A DNA stretch of 64,000 nucleotides from Candidatus Latescibacterota bacterium (GTDB lineage Bacteria; Latescibacterota; UBA2968). How positions within the stretch are numbered: position 1 is the first letter of the stretch; the number at the start of each line of letters is the position of its first letter. Positions 27,853-40,599 of this stretch are shown one piece after another. The notes under the pieces were generated by a model. That model saw nothing but the letters and a program-made list of their open reading frames with translations, did no database searches and was not told the DNA's origin. Position numbers and translations under genes: made by a program. The stretch is taken from positions 4,992,001 through 5,056,000 of the forward strand of contig OZ242010.1 in the NCBI GenBank assembly GCA_965204745.1. The letters are read 5' to 3'.

Positions 27853-30800
27853 ATGCGCGATACAGAAACAAAACTCCGCAAGCTGATGGCCGAGCGCGTC
27901 GTGTTGCTCGACGGGGCAATGGGCACGATGATTCAGGCGTATGACCTGGACGAGCAGACGTTTCGCGGCGAGGGGTTTGTCGATCATCCCGTGGATTTGA
28001 AGGGGTGCAACGAGTTGTTGTCCCTGACGCAACCGGATATGATCGCGGATATCCACCGGCGATTTTTGGACGCGGGGGCGGACATTATCGAAACCAATAC
28101 GTTCAATGCCACGGCGATTTCAATGGCGGAATACCAGCTTCAGGACAGGGTTCACGACCTCAATATGGCCGCCGCCAAAATCGCGCGCGACATTGCAGAC
28201 GAGGCCACAAAGCAAAATCCGCACGAGCCGCGGTTTGTCGCAGGTGCTCTGGGGCCAACGAGTTGCACGCTTTCCCTGTCGCCCGATGTGAATGACCCGG
28301 CATTTCGCACGCACGGGTTTGACGACGTGGTGCAGGCGTATTACGCGCAGGTTGCCGGGCTGATGGCAGGCGGTGTCGATCTGATTTTGGTCGAGACGAT
28401 TTTCGACACCCTCACCGGCAAGGCCGCGCTCTTTGCGGTGGATCGCTATTTTGAAGACCACGGAGTACGGGTGCCGGTGATGATTTCCGGGACGGTGACG
28501 GATCAAAGCGGGCGAACCTTGTCCGGGCAAACCATCGAGGCGTTTTGGCTGTCCGTGGCGCATGCGCGTCCCCTAAGCGTGGGGATCAACTGCGCGCTAG
28601 GGGCGCGGGAGATGCGCCCCTATGTGGAGGCGTTGTCGCATTTCGCGCCGGTATTCACGAGTTGTTATCCCAATGCGGGCCTGCCCAACGAGTTCGGGGA
28701 GTACGACGATTCCCCGAGCCACATGGCCGGGATCTTGGGCGATTTTGCCGCGCGGGGTTGGTTGAACATCGCGGGCGGCTGCTGTGGCACGACCCCGGAA
28801 TACATCGCCGAGATAGCCCAGGCGGTTGCCGATAAGGCGCCGCGCAAAATCCCGGAGCGGTCATCCGTGTCGCGCTTCAGCGGCTTGGAGCCGATGATCA
28901 TTTACCCGGATTCCAATTTTATGATGATCGGCGAGCGCACCAATGTGACCGGGTCAAGGCGATTTGCGCGGTTGATAAAAACCGGGGATTACGCGGAGGC
29001 CCTGTCCGTTGCGCGCGAGCAAGTCGCCGGCGGCGCGAATATGATCGACGTCAACCTGGACGAGGGCCTGCTCGATTCGCACGCTGCAATGACCACATTT
29101 TTGCGCTTGATCGCCGCCGAGCCAGACATCGCCCGCGTGCCCATCGTGATCGACAGTTCGGATTTTTCCGTGATCGAGGCCGGCCTAAAATGCGTGCAGG
29201 GCAAGGCCATCGTCAATTCGATCAGCTTGAAAGAGGGCGAGGCGGCCTTTGTGGCGCAGGCCAAGACCGTACTGCGCTATGGCGCGGCTGTGGTGGTGAT
29301 GGCGTTTGACGAAAAGGGGCAGGCCACGGCTGTCGAAGACAAGGTGCAAATTTGCCAGCGGGCGTATCGGATTTTGACCGAAGACGTGGGCATGGACGCG
29401 GCGGATATCATTTTTGATCCGAATATCCTGACCGTGGCGACGGGCATCGCCGCACACGACGATTACGCGGTCAATTTCATCGAAGCGGTGCGGCGAATCA
29501 AAGCCCTGTGCCCGGGCGCGAAAACGAGCGGGGGCGTGAGCAACATCTCATTTTCCTTTCGCGGCAATGACTACGTGCGCGAGGCGATTCACGCGGCTTT
29601 TTTGTACCACGCCATCCGCGCGGGCCTCGACATGGGCATTGTCAATGCCGGGCAACTGATGGTGTACGAGGAGATCCCCGAACGACTGCGCGCGCTCATT
29701 GAAGACGTGTTGTTCAACCGGCGACGAGACGCGACCGAACGCTTGGTGGAATACGCCGAGTCCGTGCGCGCCACCGGCAAAACCCGGGCGCGCGACGACG
29801 CGTGGCGACAAGGCACGGTTGAAGACCGCTTAAAACACGCCTTGTTGCACGGGCAAGCCGAGTATTTGGAAGATGATTTGGCCGAGGTGTTGCGCGATTA
29901 CGCGCCGCTCGGGGTGATCGAGGGGCCGTTGATGGACGGGATGAATGTGGTGGGCGATCTGTTCGGAGCCGGCAAGATGTTTTTGCCCCAAGTCGTCAAA
30001 ACCGCGCGCGTGATGAAACGCGCCGTGGCCTATCTCGAACCCCTGATGGACCGGGACGATGCGGGCAGCGGCACGCGCGGCAAGGTGCTGTTGGCGACCG
30101 TGAAGGGCGATGTCCACGATATCGGCAAAAATATCGTGGGCGTGGTCTTGGGGTGCAACAATTACGAGGTGATCGACTTGGGCGTGATGGTGCCTGCGGA
30201 TCGCATTTTGAAAACCGCGCGAGAACGAGGCGTGGACATCGTCGGGTTGAGCGGCCTGATCACGCCATCTCTCAACGAGATGGTCCACGTCGCACAAGAG
30301 ATGCAGCGCGAGGAGTTCGACCTGCCCCTGCTGATCGGCGGGGCGACCACGAGCCGCAAGCACACGGCCGTCAAAATCGCGCCGGTTTACGACCACGCGA
30401 CCGTGTACGTCAAAGACGCGTCGCGCGCCGCAGGAGTGGTGGGCGCGTTGTTGAACGCGGATCGACGCGACGCGTACATGCGGGAAAATCGCAAAGCGCA
30501 ACAGCGGGCCTTGGCCGAGTTCAACCGGCCCCGGCGCCCCCTCGTTTCCTATCCCGACGCGTGCGCCCAGCGCCAGGAATTTGATTGGACCCAGGTCGAT
30601 CTGCCCAAGCCCAAGTTCATCGGCGTGCGGGAGGTGCGCGATTTTCCGATAGCCGAATTGGTGGATTTTATCGACTGGGGGCCGTTTTTCCACGCCTGGG
30701 AGTTTCGAGGCGGTTATCCCAAGTTGTTGAACGATCCGCAACGAGGCGTTGCCGCGCGCAAATTGTTCGACGACGCGCAGGCGATGATCCGCGAGATCAT

Positions 30801-31509
30801 CGACCAATGTTGGCTCGAGGCGCAGGCCGTGTACGGATTTTTCCCGGCCAATGCCGATGGCGGGGATATCGCGGTGTTTGAAGACGAGCGCAGAGACGCC
30901 GAGCGCGCGCGGTTGCCCATGTTGCGCCAGCAACAAAAAAAGCGGTTGGACGGCCCCTATTTCTCCCTGGCCGATTTTGTGGCCCCGCGTGGGTACGCGG
31001 ATTACATCGGCGCGTTTGCCCTGACCGCTGGCCTAGGCGCGGACGAGAAGACCGCTGCGTTTAAGGACGCGCTGGACGATTACAATGCGATTTTGCTCCA
31101 ATCCGTGGCCGACCGCTTGGCCGAGGCATTCGCCGAATACTTGCACGCAAAAGCGCGCCGCGATTGGGGATACGGCTTGGGCGAAACCCTGAGCCATGCG
31201 GATGTGATTCGGGAAAAATACCGCGGCATTCGGCCCGCGCCCGGGTACCCAGCCTGCCCGGATCACACGGAAAAACGCACCTTGTTCGAGCTGCTCCGCG
31301 TGGAGCAAGAGACGGATATCCGCCTGACCGAGACATTCGCCATGTGGCCTGCCGCGTCGATTAGCGGTTGGTATTTCGCCCATCCCCAAGCCCGCTACTT
31401 TTCCGTGGGCAAAATAGACGCAGACCAAGTGGCCGACTACGCCCGGCGCAAGCGCGTGTCTATCGCCGAGATAGAACGCTGGCTCGCCCCGAATTTGGAC
31501 TATAAATGA
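27853..31509 (+). CDS. metH: Cobalamin-dependent methionine synthase
   Basis: [33 protein letters not shown] (B12 binding) and [15 protein letters not shown]. Confidence 0.98.
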   Translation: MRDTETKLRKLMAERVVLLDGAMGTMIQAYDLDEQTFRGEGFVDHPVDLKGCNELLSLTQPDMIADIHRRFLDAGADIIETNTFNATAISMAEYQLQDRVHDLNMAAAKIARDIADEATKQNPHEPRFVAGALGPTSCTLSLSPDVNDPAFRTHGFDDVVQAYYAQVAGLMAGGVDLILVETIFDTLTGKAALFAVDRYFEDHGVRVPVMISGTVTDQSGRTLSGQTIEAFWLSVAHARPLSVGINCALGAREMRPYVEALSHFAPVFTSCYPNAGLPNEFGEYDDSPSHMAGILGDFAARGWLNIAGGCCGTTPEYIAEIAQAVADKAPRKIPERSSVSRFSGLEPMIIYPDSNFMMIGERTNVTGSRRFARLIKTGDYAEALSVAREQVAGGANMIDVNLDEGLLDSHAAMTTFLRLIAAEPDIARVPIVIDSSDFSVIEAGLKCVQGKAIVNSISLKEGEAAFVAQAKTVLRYGAAVVVMAFDEKGQATAVEDKVQICQRAYRILTEDVGMDAADIIFDPNILTVATGIAAHDDYAVNFIEAVRRIKALCPGAKTSGGVSNISFSFRGNDYVREAIHAAFLYHAIRAGLDMGIVNAGQLMVYEEIPERLRALIEDVLFNRRRDATERLVEYAESVRATGKTRARDDAWRQGTVEDRLKHALLHGQAEYLEDDLAEVLRDYAPLGVIEGPLMDGMNVVGDLFGAGKMFLPQVVKTARVMKRAVAYLEPLMDRDDAGSGTRGKVLLATVKGDVHDIGKNIVGVVLGCNNYEVIDLGVMVPADRILKTARERGVDIVGLSGLITPSLNEMVHVAQEMQREEFDLPLLIGGATTSRKHTAVKIAPVYDHATVYVKDASRAAGVVGALLNADRRDAYMRENRKAQQRALAEFNRPRRPLVSYPDACAQRQEFDWTQVDLPKPKFIGVREVRDFPIAELVDFIDWGPFFHAWEFRGGYPKLLNDPQRGVAARKLFDDAQAMIREIIDQCWLEAQAVYGFFPANADGGDIAVFEDERRDAERARLPMLRQQQKKRLDGPYFSLADFVAPRGYADYIGAFALTAGLGADEKTAAFKDALDDYNAILLQSVADRLAEAFAEYLHAKARRDWGYGLGETLSHADVIREKYRGIRPAPGYPACPDHTEKRTLFELLRVEQETDIRLTETFAMWPAASISGWYFAHPQARYFSVGKIDADQVADYARRKRVSIAEIERWLAPNLDYK

Positions 31510-31523
31510 GCGCGAGAGGGGAG

Positions 31524-31592
31524 AATGTCAACACGACCTAATTTCTCGATGAGAGGCAGGATTACGGACAACCAAAAATCAAATTGGTATAA
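31524..31592. mobile_element. Two nested mobile-element end remnants
   Basis: aatgtcaacacgacc-ta is a perfect match to the MITE TIR at 3919. The adjacent ggcaggattacggacaaccaaaaatcaaattggta-taa matches the linkers at 57871-57918 and 59749-59796. Confidence 0.7.
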
Positions 31593-31600
31593 GAAAAAAA

Positions 31601-31635
31601 AGAAGCCCCAACGATACAAAATCGTCGGGGCTTCT
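31601..31635. terminator. Intrinsic terminator between convergent metH and nrdR
   Basis: agaagccccaacgat-acaaa-atcgtcggggcttct preceded by an A run. Confidence 0.7.
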
Positions 31636-31899
31636 CACTTGGGGATGGGCGGACTGACCACTGACTCCTTGGGCGGTGGCGGGGTTGCCTCACCTCTTGT
31701 ATTTTCGGGCGAGCACGGGGCATCGCCTCTACACACTGATCGTCTTTTGTGTTTTTGTGCCTTTTGTGGCTAAACGTCCATCTCCCGTCTTGCCTCTCCC
31801 GTCTTGCGGCTCACCGAAGGGGGTTGGGCGGGGTTGCCTTACCTCTCCCCTCTTACGTCTCACCGAAGGGGTTGGGCGGGGTGGAAACTGCCCACTGCC

Positions 31900-32352
31900 T
31901 CACCTTTCCAATTGCCGCAGTTCTTTCTTAAAATCGCTGAGGTCTTTGAATTGGCGGTACACAGAGGCAAAGCGCACATAAGCCACGTCGTCGAGGCGTT
32001 TGAGTTCGTTCATGACGAGTTTGCCGATCTGTTGTTTGGCTTCGATTTCGCGTTCGCCTTTGCTGACGAGTTGGTCTTCGATGCGGTCCGCGATTTCCTC
32101 GATCTGCGCGGTTGAGATCGGGCGTTTGGTGCAGGAGAGTCGAATTTTGTCGATGAGTTTGTTTTTGTCAAAGGCTTCGCGGCGCCCGTCCGATTTGATG
32201 ACGGTGAGGGAGGTGTCTTCGATAGATTCGTAGGTCGTAAATCGCCGGCCACACCCCAGGCATTCGCGTCTTCGCCGAATGGTGGTGCCTTCTTTGCTAG
32301 CTCTGGAATCGACCACTTTGTCTTCGGTCACGCTGCAATAAGGGCATTTCAT
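31900..32352 (-). CDS. nrdR: Transcriptional repressor NrdR
   Basis: MKCPYC...VVDSR...[19 protein letters not shown] cone and [10 protein letters not shown]. Confidence 0.97.
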   Translation of the reverse strand: MKCPYCSVTEDKVVDSRASKEGTTIRRRRECLGCGRRFTTYESIEDTSLTVIKSDGRREAFDKNKLIDKIRLSCTKRPISTAQIEEIADRIEDQLVSKGEREIEAKQQIGKLVMNELKRLDDVAYVRFASVYRQFKDLSDFKKELRQLER

Positions 32353-32419
32353 GGGACCGGCTTCCTTTCTTGAGGGGATGGGTATTCAATATGAGGTCGC
32401 TGGCCGGATAAGGCTCTGC

Positions 32420-32959
32420 TCAAAATCGAAACGACAGGCGAAACGCGAGATGCCCGTTGTCTTTTGCGACGACGGATGGCGAGAAGTCAATGGTCTCCCA
32501 GACATGATAACTGAACAACCCACCGACAAAGGCGCCGACCAAACCGCCTCCCAAAGCGAACATAGGGGGGAAAATGAAATAGGCAACCCCAGCTAAGCCA
32601 ATGGGATCGTCGGGTTCTACTTTGTTGACGAGAATGAGTCCCCCAGTGACCCCTGCGAGTGCGCCGAGGATGCCACCTTTTTTGACGTGGGACTCGTGGT
32701 ATAGATGCACCTCGAGTTTGGAAATATCTGCGAGTGCGATAGACAGGCGTTGCTTCCTTCCCAAAATGCCCCTCGCTCTCGTCATGATCAGAGAATCCTT
32801 TATCGCTTGCTGAAACCGGCCAGTGAGCCTCGTTTTCGCGTCTTGGGTATAAATGCGAATGGACTTGCCTGCTGGAATTTGGAGACTCGGCGGTTCGGCA
32901 AAAACATCTGCCGCCTGTCCTGTGAACAGGAGAAAAATGAAAATCGCGATGGGGCGCAT
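32420..32959 (-). CDS. Hypothetical exported protein with glycine-zipper-like C-terminus
   Basis: Signal peptide, Gly-rich hydrophobic helices and terminal ...LSFRF; RBS aggag. Confidence 0.65.
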   Translation of the reverse strand: MRPIAIFIFLLFTGQAADVFAEPPSLQIPAGKSIRIYTQDAKTRLTGRFQQAIKDSLIMTRARGILGRKQRLSIALADISKLEVHLYHESHVKKGGILGALAGVTGGLILVNKVEPDDPIGLAGVAYFIFPPMFALGGGLVGAFVGGLFSYHVWETIDFSPSVVAKDNGHLAFRLSFRF

Positions 32960-32991
32960 GATGTCTCCTTTGGGAATTTTAAGACCACTTC

Positions 32992-33903
32992 TCAAAATGC
33001 TTTCCCGAACCCGATGGCAGCGGAAAGGCCGCTGAAATCGCCGGGGGAACCCAGCGCGTCGAAGAAGCGGGCGAGGGTGTAGCGGCCTTCAAGGGTGAGT
33101 GCGAAATCCTTTTTCGCGCCAAAGCGAATGGTTAGGCCAGACGCGACATGGCCGCCCAGCGTCAATGAGGTGCTCGGAAAATTCAAATCATCGAACGCGA
33201 GGGGTATCATCAATCCCAAGGCGTTGCGCCCATTGCGAAATGCGCCGCCAAATCCCATGCCGTAATTCGGATAATAACCCGCTTGGCGGGCGCGCTGATC
33301 CAAGCGGAGGATGGGGCCTGCGCCAAATCCAACGTAGGGATTGACGCGAGACGCGGGCGCGAAGTGGCGTTGTAGCCCGATGGGTAAGGCGATTAGGGTG
33401 ATCCGCGTCGTGCTTGCGGGCATCTGCTCGCGCAAAATTGACTGCGCTTTGAGAAGGCCGTACGTGAGAAATTCCGGGCTGGTCGTGAACCGGACCTGCG
33501 GAGACAACTTGTGGTCGTAATTGATGCGAAACCCAAATCCGCCGCTGGCCGTGGAAAAGAAAATTCCGAGGTGATTGAGCAAGTCCATCGCGGTTGACCG
33601 CGGCCCGTGGGTGGGATACAACCCGTCTTCGTTGCCAAAAACCGGTCGACCGGGGCCATTGAGAAGGCGCGGGTCAATGTAGATATCAGACGGACTGTGG
33701 GGCAATGAGAGCGAATCCACCGGGACAGCACCTTTGGGAATGTGGATTTTGATGCCGCCATCCGAGTCGATTTCGACCGCGCTGTTGCCAATGGTGATTG
33801 AACCGGACAAGGGCGCGGTGTTGCGTGCGGGTTCGGGTGAAGATGATGCCGCGCTGGGCAGGCAGACGAGGACCGCGAAAAAAAACAGGTGCATCCGTGA
33901 CAT
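32992..33903 (-). CDS. Putative outer-membrane beta-barrel protein
   Basis: Signal peptide, PYVGFGAG, alternating beta strands and C-terminal Phe. Confidence 0.65.
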   Translation of the reverse strand: MSRMHLFFFAVLVCLPSAASSSPEPARNTAPLSGSITIGNSAVEIDSDGGIKIHIPKGAVPVDSLSLPHSPSDIYIDPRLLNGPGRPVFGNEDGLYPTHGPRSTAMDLLNHLGIFFSTASGGFGFRINYDHKLSPQVRFTTSPEFLTYGLLKAQSILREQMPASTTRITLIALPIGLQRHFAPASRVNPYVGFGAGPILRLDQRARQAGYYPNYGMGFGGAFRNGRNALGLMIPLAFDDLNFPSTSLTLGGHVASGLTIRFGAKKDFALTLEGRYTLARFFDALGSPGDFSGLSAAIGFGKAF

Positions 33904-34178
33904 AACGACCTCCTGAAAAAGTGTGACCCCGGCGTTTTGTAAAATATGCAAAATGCGTGCCGCAAAGTGCCCAAAAATAAAAATGGTCTAACATCTTGTT
34001 TTTACAATGCGTTGTCTTGCACCACGCCAGTTGCATGCGGAAACGATAAGTGTATTATTTTCGCACAGGTGTTGTAAAATTGATACAGTCCCTTTAGTCC
34101 CTTCCTCTCCCATCTCGCCTCTCCCATCTCCCCTCTAACCTCTTACCGAAGGGGGCCGGGCAGGGCGGGTCGCGGGCT

Positions 34179-35126
34179 TCATCGCCGCAACGCCATCAGC
34201 GCGAACCCGACAATCACCCAGAAAATTTTCCGAATGCGCCGGATCAACGCCACGCCCAAGCCCAACTCAGGCGTCAAGCCCAACAACTGAAACAGGAACA
34301 CATGCCCGCTTTCAAAAACCCCGACCCCGGATGGGATGAAGAAAAACGCCGTGTTGATCACCAGCGACAACGACATCAGCAAAAACGCGGTCAAAAAACA
34401 TTGCGACTCCCCGAGCAAGTGGAGAATCGCATAAATTTCAAACGTGCCCAATATCCAACTCACCCCGTGCAAGACCAGACACCACCAGAAGCCCGCGCGA
34501 TTTTGGCGGTAAAACGCCGCGATAGTGCGGTCGACCTCTTCAAACTTTTCGCGCTTGGACTCCAAAAAAGACAGGCGCACCTTTTTCAACGCATTCAGCA
34601 TCCACACAGACGCCTGTTGACGCTGAGACACATACGCCGCTACAATCCCGGCCGTGCCCACCACCAGCGCCGCGCCCAATCCGATCTGCACCTCCACCGG
34701 TAGCGGGAACATGTACACGGCCACGCCCGCGCCGATGAGCGCGAACCCCAGGCCGCTGACCAACTCCACTGTCTTGTTGACGATCAATGATGGCACGCCC
34801 CGGGTCACAGCGACCTGATCGCGCAACATATACGCCTTCGCCACCTCGCCGCCCACATGAGATGCGGGCGTGACATTGCCAACGGCTTCCCCGGAAATTT
34901 TGGTATAGAGAAGGGTCCAAAAACCCGGCCGCTCCCCGTCAAAACACATCGCCCACGCCCACGCATTGCTCGTATGCCAACTCAAGGCGATGAGCATCAC
35001 CGGCACATAGCCCCATCCCATTTCCCGCACCTGCATCCACACATCGGCGATTCCGACCTCGTAGATCAACACCGCCAACAACGATATCCCAATCACCCAA
35101 AACACGGCCCTGCGCGCAACTTTCAT
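34179..35126 (-). CDS. Lysylphosphatidylglycerol-synthase-TM / flippase-like (UPF0104) membrane protein
   Basis: N.TP...GGE..K, P.G.GV.E and R..K..W motifs. Confidence 0.8.
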   Translation of the reverse strand: MKVARRAVFWVIGISLLAVLIYEVGIADVWMQVREMGWGYVPVMLIALSWHTSNAWAWAMCFDGERPGFWTLLYTKISGEAVGNVTPASHVGGEVAKAYMLRDQVAVTRGVPSLIVNKTVELVSGLGFALIGAGVAVYMFPLPVEVQIGLGAALVVGTAGIVAAYVSQRQQASVWMLNALKKVRLSFLESKREKFEEVDRTIAAFYRQNRAGFWWCLVLHGVSWILGTFEIYAILHLLGESQCFLTAFLLMSLSLVINTAFFFIPSGVGVFESGHVFLFQLLGLTPELGLGVALIRRIRKIFWVIVGFALMALRR

Positions 35127-35135
35127 TCTCCCTCC

Positions 35136-37061
35136 CTACCACGAATGCGTGTGATGGCCTTGTCGGGGAAACCAGATTTGATCCACGAAAAACGACAGGA
35201 GCACGCCCAGGGCGTGGCCGACGAGCAAGCCCAAGAAGAAGGGGCGCAACCGCCGGTAGAGCGCCACGCCGCCGATGCGTAAAATGACCGATTTGATGCC
35301 CCATGCCACGAACACGGAGAAAATGGAATGCACCGCGTGGGTCGGGGGCACGACCATGCCGATGGGCGCGAGGGGCCACCACGCAAAGCGATAGCGCATC
35401 AGGCTTGCCACTGCGAAAATGCCGATGCCCAACAGCAAGAACAGGGGCCGCTCCGGCTCCCATTTTTCCTCGCCCTTGAGGGCTTTAACCAAGGCGTCAT
35501 ACGTGCGCGGCGGATAGCGCGTAAAGGGAAAATCATTGAAATTGTACGCGCCGTGCAAATAGCCCAAATACAGCGAATAGGCAATGGCCGCGCCAATGCC
35601 GATGCCCAGGGTCAGGCCGATGCCCAAGACGAGTCGCTTTTTGTTTTTTCCCGCCATATCTGCGATGCGCGCTGCGTGTACGAGCGGCGGCATGAACATC
35701 GCTTTGTTTTGCGACCGCACGGAATCGACCAAGCGCAGGGCCGTCAGCGTCGAACCGTCGAACGATTTGGGGCCGAAGATAAAATTCAAGATGCCATTGG
35801 GCGACATGGGCATGCTGAAATAGACCACGCCGGTTTCCGCGATCACGCGCGCCGTGCCCAAGTACGTGATGAAAATGCCGAGCACCAGGGCGATGGCAAC
35901 GGCCCAGCTAATGCCCACGGCTTGGAACCAGAACACGAGAAAAACCACGCTGAACAGCAGGCCAAACGCGCAGGCGCGGTACGAGAGCATTTCGCCCGAA
36001 TCGTCGATGGTGCGGTCATGGCGAAACGCTTTGGCGAACACGTCTCGAATGTGAAACCGCGCCATCCACAAGCCCAACAAGACCATCGCCACAAACGCGC
36101 CTCCGGCTTGCAGGGACGTAGTCGCATCGCCAGAACTGCCCTTGTTGCTCAGGTTGATGCCCACGCGCCTGTAAAACATGACCTGTGTGCAGTAGAACAA
36201 GTAAAAGACCCAGATGGAAAACAGCACGTCGAGGTTGGCAAAATAGGCAAAGCCCACGGTGTAAAAATTGAAGCGCACATGGATGCGCGGAAAATACAAG
36301 CCCATGGGCATCCAGCCCGGCCCCAGGCTGATGCGGGGAAAGCCGGGGGAGAAATAACTGATGATGTTCCACGCCAAGATGCAAAACGGAATGGCCGCGC
36401 CGACGAGGAAAAACTTGTTCTTCAACAGGGACACGCCGCGCTCGGCTTCGGCCAAGTCGCCGGCCGGATGCAAAATGGGATAGGCCAACCGCTCGTGCTC
36501 GGCCCATTGCTTTCGCAACATCACCGCCAGGCAGATACACCCCACCACAATCGCGGCGATAAATGTCATCCAACCGAACAGGGGCACAAACCACACGCCC
36601 CAAGGAATGGGCATGTCCGGGCTGGGCATGCCTTCGAACAACCACTGCATGGCCCCGCCCTCGTTGGAGGGGATCAACCAGTTGGGCAAGTACTGATGAA
36701 AATAACTGCCCCACTGATTCTCGGGCGTGGCGAGATAGTACGGGATCGCGATCATGCCCAAGAAATAACCCGTCAACCCATACGCGGGCACTGCCGCGCC
36801 CACCAGGCCCATCGCCAGCATGGTCCACACTTCGGTGTTGGTCAATGCCCATCGGGCCTGCCTGCGCCGCGCGAGTGCATTGCCCAATGTCAATACCGCG
36901 TAGGGCGCGAACAAGGCAATGGGAAAATGCGTGATGTTCATGCGCGCGGTGTGGGCGATGTATTCGACATAAGTGTTCCACGCGATCACCAGCAGCGCGA
37001 GTGCCAACCCCAAGACCAAGGCCCGCGCTGTCACGCCCTCCTGTCGCGTCTGTACGTCCAT
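35136..37061 (-). CDS. DUF6785/DUF6784-like polytopic membrane protein
   Basis: RKQW.EHERL.YP, WWPL.P.G, and PFFLGL..G...D..WFP..GH..H.W; paralog of 24858-26837. Confidence 0.75.
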   Translation of the reverse strand: MDVQTRQEGVTARALVLGLALALLVIAWNTYVEYIAHTARMNITHFPIALFAPYAVLTLGNALARRRQARWALTNTEVWTMLAMGLVGAAVPAYGLTGYFLGMIAIPYYLATPENQWGSYFHQYLPNWLIPSNEGGAMQWLFEGMPSPDMPIPWGVWFVPLFGWMTFIAAIVVGCICLAVMLRKQWAEHERLAYPILHPAGDLAEAERGVSLLKNKFFLVGAAIPFCILAWNIISYFSPGFPRISLGPGWMPMGLYFPRIHVRFNFYTVGFAYFANLDVLFSIWVFYLFYCTQVMFYRRVGINLSNKGSSGDATTSLQAGGAFVAMVLLGLWMARFHIRDVFAKAFRHDRTIDDSGEMLSYRACAFGLLFSVVFLVFWFQAVGISWAVAIALVLGIFITYLGTARVIAETGVVYFSMPMSPNGILNFIFGPKSFDGSTLTALRLVDSVRSQNKAMFMPPLVHAARIADMAGKNKKRLVLGIGLTLGIGIGAAIAYSLYLGYLHGAYNFNDFPFTRYPPRTYDALVKALKGEEKWEPERPLFLLLGIGIFAVASLMRYRFAWWPLAPIGMVVPPTHAVHSIFSVFVAWGIKSVILRIGGVALYRRLRPFFLGLLVGHALGVLLSFFVDQIWFPRQGHHTHSW

Positions 37062-37373
37062 GCGTTTCTCCTCCTCTTCACCGCCTCGCCGCCGGGTGCG
37101 TCCCCTTCCCACCACTGCCCCGCCGGGTGCGTTCCCGCTACCCCGCCGGGTGCGTGCCGTGTCCGCCTTTGAGCAGTCAGCGGACGGAGCCAAGTGCAGT
37201 GTATCGGGATTGGTATAACTCTGTTCTCGTGCGTCCTCTCGTAGCAGATCGCTGAAAATCGGCTTTCAATATATACAAATGCACAGCGCGGAACAACCGC
37301 CTTGACAAAACAAAAAAGGCCGTAAGTGGGCAAACCCTCACGACCTTTCTTTGTTGATATCGGACTTCCAATT

Positions 37374-38006
37374 TTACCTGAAGAACACGGACATGCCCAC
37401 GGTTACAAAATGCCGCGGGGTGCGGGTGTTGTTGGCGAACAGGACCGAATAGCCGTACGTGGCATTCATGGCCGTGCGTTTTGAGACCATTTTGCGAATG
37501 CCTGCGCCGCCGCCCAATTCACTGACATTGCCCCAGCCCCAAAAATCGCGGGCCGCAAAGAGTTCCAAAAATGGAAAGGTGCGGCGCTGAATTTTGATGG
37601 GGATATTCATCCGGTAGAAGCCCGACACCGAAGACCCGAATCCCTCACTCGTGGACAAATAACGGCCGCGTGCATCCACAGTCGTATTGTCGAGCACCTG
37701 AAGGTCATCTTGCGATCCGGGCAAGCCACTGCGCTCAAACCGGTCGCGATTCCCCGCGACAAATGCCCCGCCGATTTGGTGCCATTGGTTGATCGAATAG
37801 GCAACTTGAATGCCCGCGCGATAGAAAAAATTGCCGCTGGAAAATCGCCACGAGATGATCGGCGTCACTTCCAACTGCCCAGCGCGGATAGGCCCAGTGT
37901 TGATGCCGCCCGTGCCCTCGGTTTCCTCCTCCCCGACGATATCGGCCCGAGCAGGTGTGCCCAAGGCCAACAAACCAACGACCAAATACATCAGCCAGTG
38001 TTTCAT
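37374..38006 (-). CDS. Putative outer-membrane beta-barrel protein
   Basis: Signal peptide (ARA|D), amphipathic strands and C-terminal VGMSVFFR; RBS aggagag. Confidence 0.6.
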   Translation of the reverse strand: MKHWLMYLVVGLLALGTPARADIVGEEETEGTGGINTGPIRAGQLEVTPIISWRFSSGNFFYRAGIQVAYSINQWHQIGGAFVAGNRDRFERSGLPGSQDDLQVLDNTTVDARGRYLSTSEGFGSSVSGFYRMNIPIKIQRRTFPFLELFAARDFWGWGNVSELGGGAGIRKMVSKRTAMNATYGYSVLFANNTRTPRHFVTVGMSVFFR

Positions 38007-38342
38007 GGCGTCTCCTCCTGAAAGGGGTGATCCCGGCGTTTGAAGTAAAATATCCAAAAACAGCGCGGCTGTCAATAATCCGTTGACGGGCGCGGAAAAG
38101 ACAAAAGTCACTGGATTACTGACGTTGTGCTTTCGCATGCGCTGGAATGACGGTAGGGCCGGGACTGACTACTGACAACTTGGGCGGTGGCGGGGCGGCC
38201 TCACCTCTCCCTTCTTACGTCTCACCGAAGGGGGTTGGGCAGGGCACACCAAACGGATGAATTGGCTTGACTTGGGTTCATGTTCCCCATTTATTGTCGC
38301 ACGGTCAGGGAAATTATTCGGTTAGAAAGGACGACCTCTCTC

Positions 38343-39326
<984 letters not shown>

Positions 39327-39329
39327 CCA

Positions 39330-39549
39330 CAAGAGGCGTAAGAGGCAAGACGCAAGAGGCGTAAGAGGCAAGACGCAAGAGGCGTAAGAGGCAAGACGCA
39401 AGAGGCGTAAGAGGCAAGACGCAAGAGGCGTAAGAGGCAAGACGCAAGAGGCGAGAGGCGTAAGAGGCAAAAGGCAAGAGGCAAGAGGCAAAAAGCGTAA
39501 GAGGCAAGACGCAAGAGGCAAAAAGCGTAAGAGGCAAGAGGCAAGATAC
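39330..39549. repeat. Heptamer tandem-repeat array left of IS110
   Basis: caagagg/caagacg heptamers with cgtaagagg units in a ~23-bp higher-order period. Confidence 0.9.
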
Positions 39550-39561
39550 TCTCTTAAAAGG

Positions 39562-40569
39562 TCAAGGGGTTTTCGGGGTGATTCGATAGAATTTTTCGCC
39601 CTCAAAATCTTGGTCATGGCGCAACATGCCCCAGATCGAATGGAGCAACTTTCGCATCACCGCAACGATAGCCTGCAAAGGTTTCTTGCCGCGGGCGATG
39701 AGTTGGTCATAGAAGGCTTTGACATGGCCTTCGTGTCTGATGGCCACCCAGGCAGGCATATAGAGGGCATGGCGGAGGTACTTATTCCCGGTTTTCGAGA
39801 TGCGTCTTTGTGGATTGGCGGTTCCGGATTGTTTGGGTTTGGGATCCAGGCCTGCATGTGCGACCCACTGGGGCGGTTGCATCTCCTCTGGCAAAAGGGT
39901 CAACTCGGCCAAGAGCCGCAAGGCACTCGTTTGCGCGATGCCAGGCGTCGAGCAGAGGCGTTGGTAGGCACGCTTGAGGGGCTCATCGTGCAAAACGAGA
40001 TCGAGGGCTTGGCTTTCCAAGTATGCAATCCGGCGTTTGAAGTGTCGAATATTCACCTGAATATCGCGTGCGATGAGACGTGTGCTGCGGATGTGGTAGC
40101 TCTGCGCGTGGTTGCGGCTCTGTTCGCGGATGATCTCCTGCTTGAGTTGGTCAATGCGTCTGGTGAGGGCTTGCAGTTGAAGCCGTTGCTCGCTCGGCGC
40201 TTGCCAAGGCACAAAAGGCATGCGCTCGGCATAGTCGAGGATCAACAACGCATCCTTCGCATCCGTCTTCGCCCGTTGCATGCAGGCTTGGGCGTACTTG
40301 CTCATCGCTTTGGGATTGACGACCATGACCTTTGTGTGGCGATGCCGATGCAAGGCCAAGGCCACCCCCAAACTGTAAAGCCCGGTCGCTTCGAGGCACA
40401 CAGAGACCATGTGCCCGCCCTTCGTGAGCCACTTCAGCAACCGCTTATGCGCTTGGGGATCATTGGCAAAGGTCGCTTGCATGACAGCTTGTCCGGGTCT
40501 GGACAGGGCAACGGACAACGTGCGGGCACTGACATCAATGCCGGCAAAAGCGGGGTGAGATTTCGACAT
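39562..40569 (-). CDS. IS110-family DEDD recombinase/transposase
   Basis: GIDVS, CLEATG and KTD..DA (DEDD), PGI, QSG (catalytic Ser), GNKYLR and AVMRKL; RBS aggagg. Confidence 0.95.
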   Translation of the reverse strand: MSKSHPAFAGIDVSARTLSVALSRPGQAVMQATFANDPQAHKRLLKWLTKGGHMVSVCLEATGLYSLGVALALHRHRHTKVMVVNPKAMSKYAQACMQRAKTDAKDALLILDYAERMPFVPWQAPSEQRLQLQALTRRIDQLKQEIIREQSRNHAQSYHIRSTRLIARDIQVNIRHFKRRIAYLESQALDLVLHDEPLKRAYQRLCSTPGIAQTSALRLLAELTLLPEEMQPPQWVAHAGLDPKPKQSGTANPQRRISKTGNKYLRHALYMPAWVAIRHEGHVKAFYDQLIARGKKPLQAIVAVMRKLLHSIWGMLRHDQDFEGEKFYRITPKTP

Positions 40570-40599
40570 GGGGGCCTCCTGTGATGAGGGGGTTGTAAG

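Noticed and set aside
35328-37172. Long antisense ORFs (614 aa here; also 583-1683, 24864-26069, 29830-30936, 49482-50870, 52093-53382, 56815-57810)
   Set aside because: Shadow frames opposite well-supported genes in GC-rich DNA, with no recognisable motifs
39550-39566. -35 box (TTGACC, minus strand) forming a junction promoter on IS110 circularisation
   Set aside because: The nearest -10-like hexamer (TATCTT) is only 11 bp away, and there is no convincing -10 at 16-18 bp
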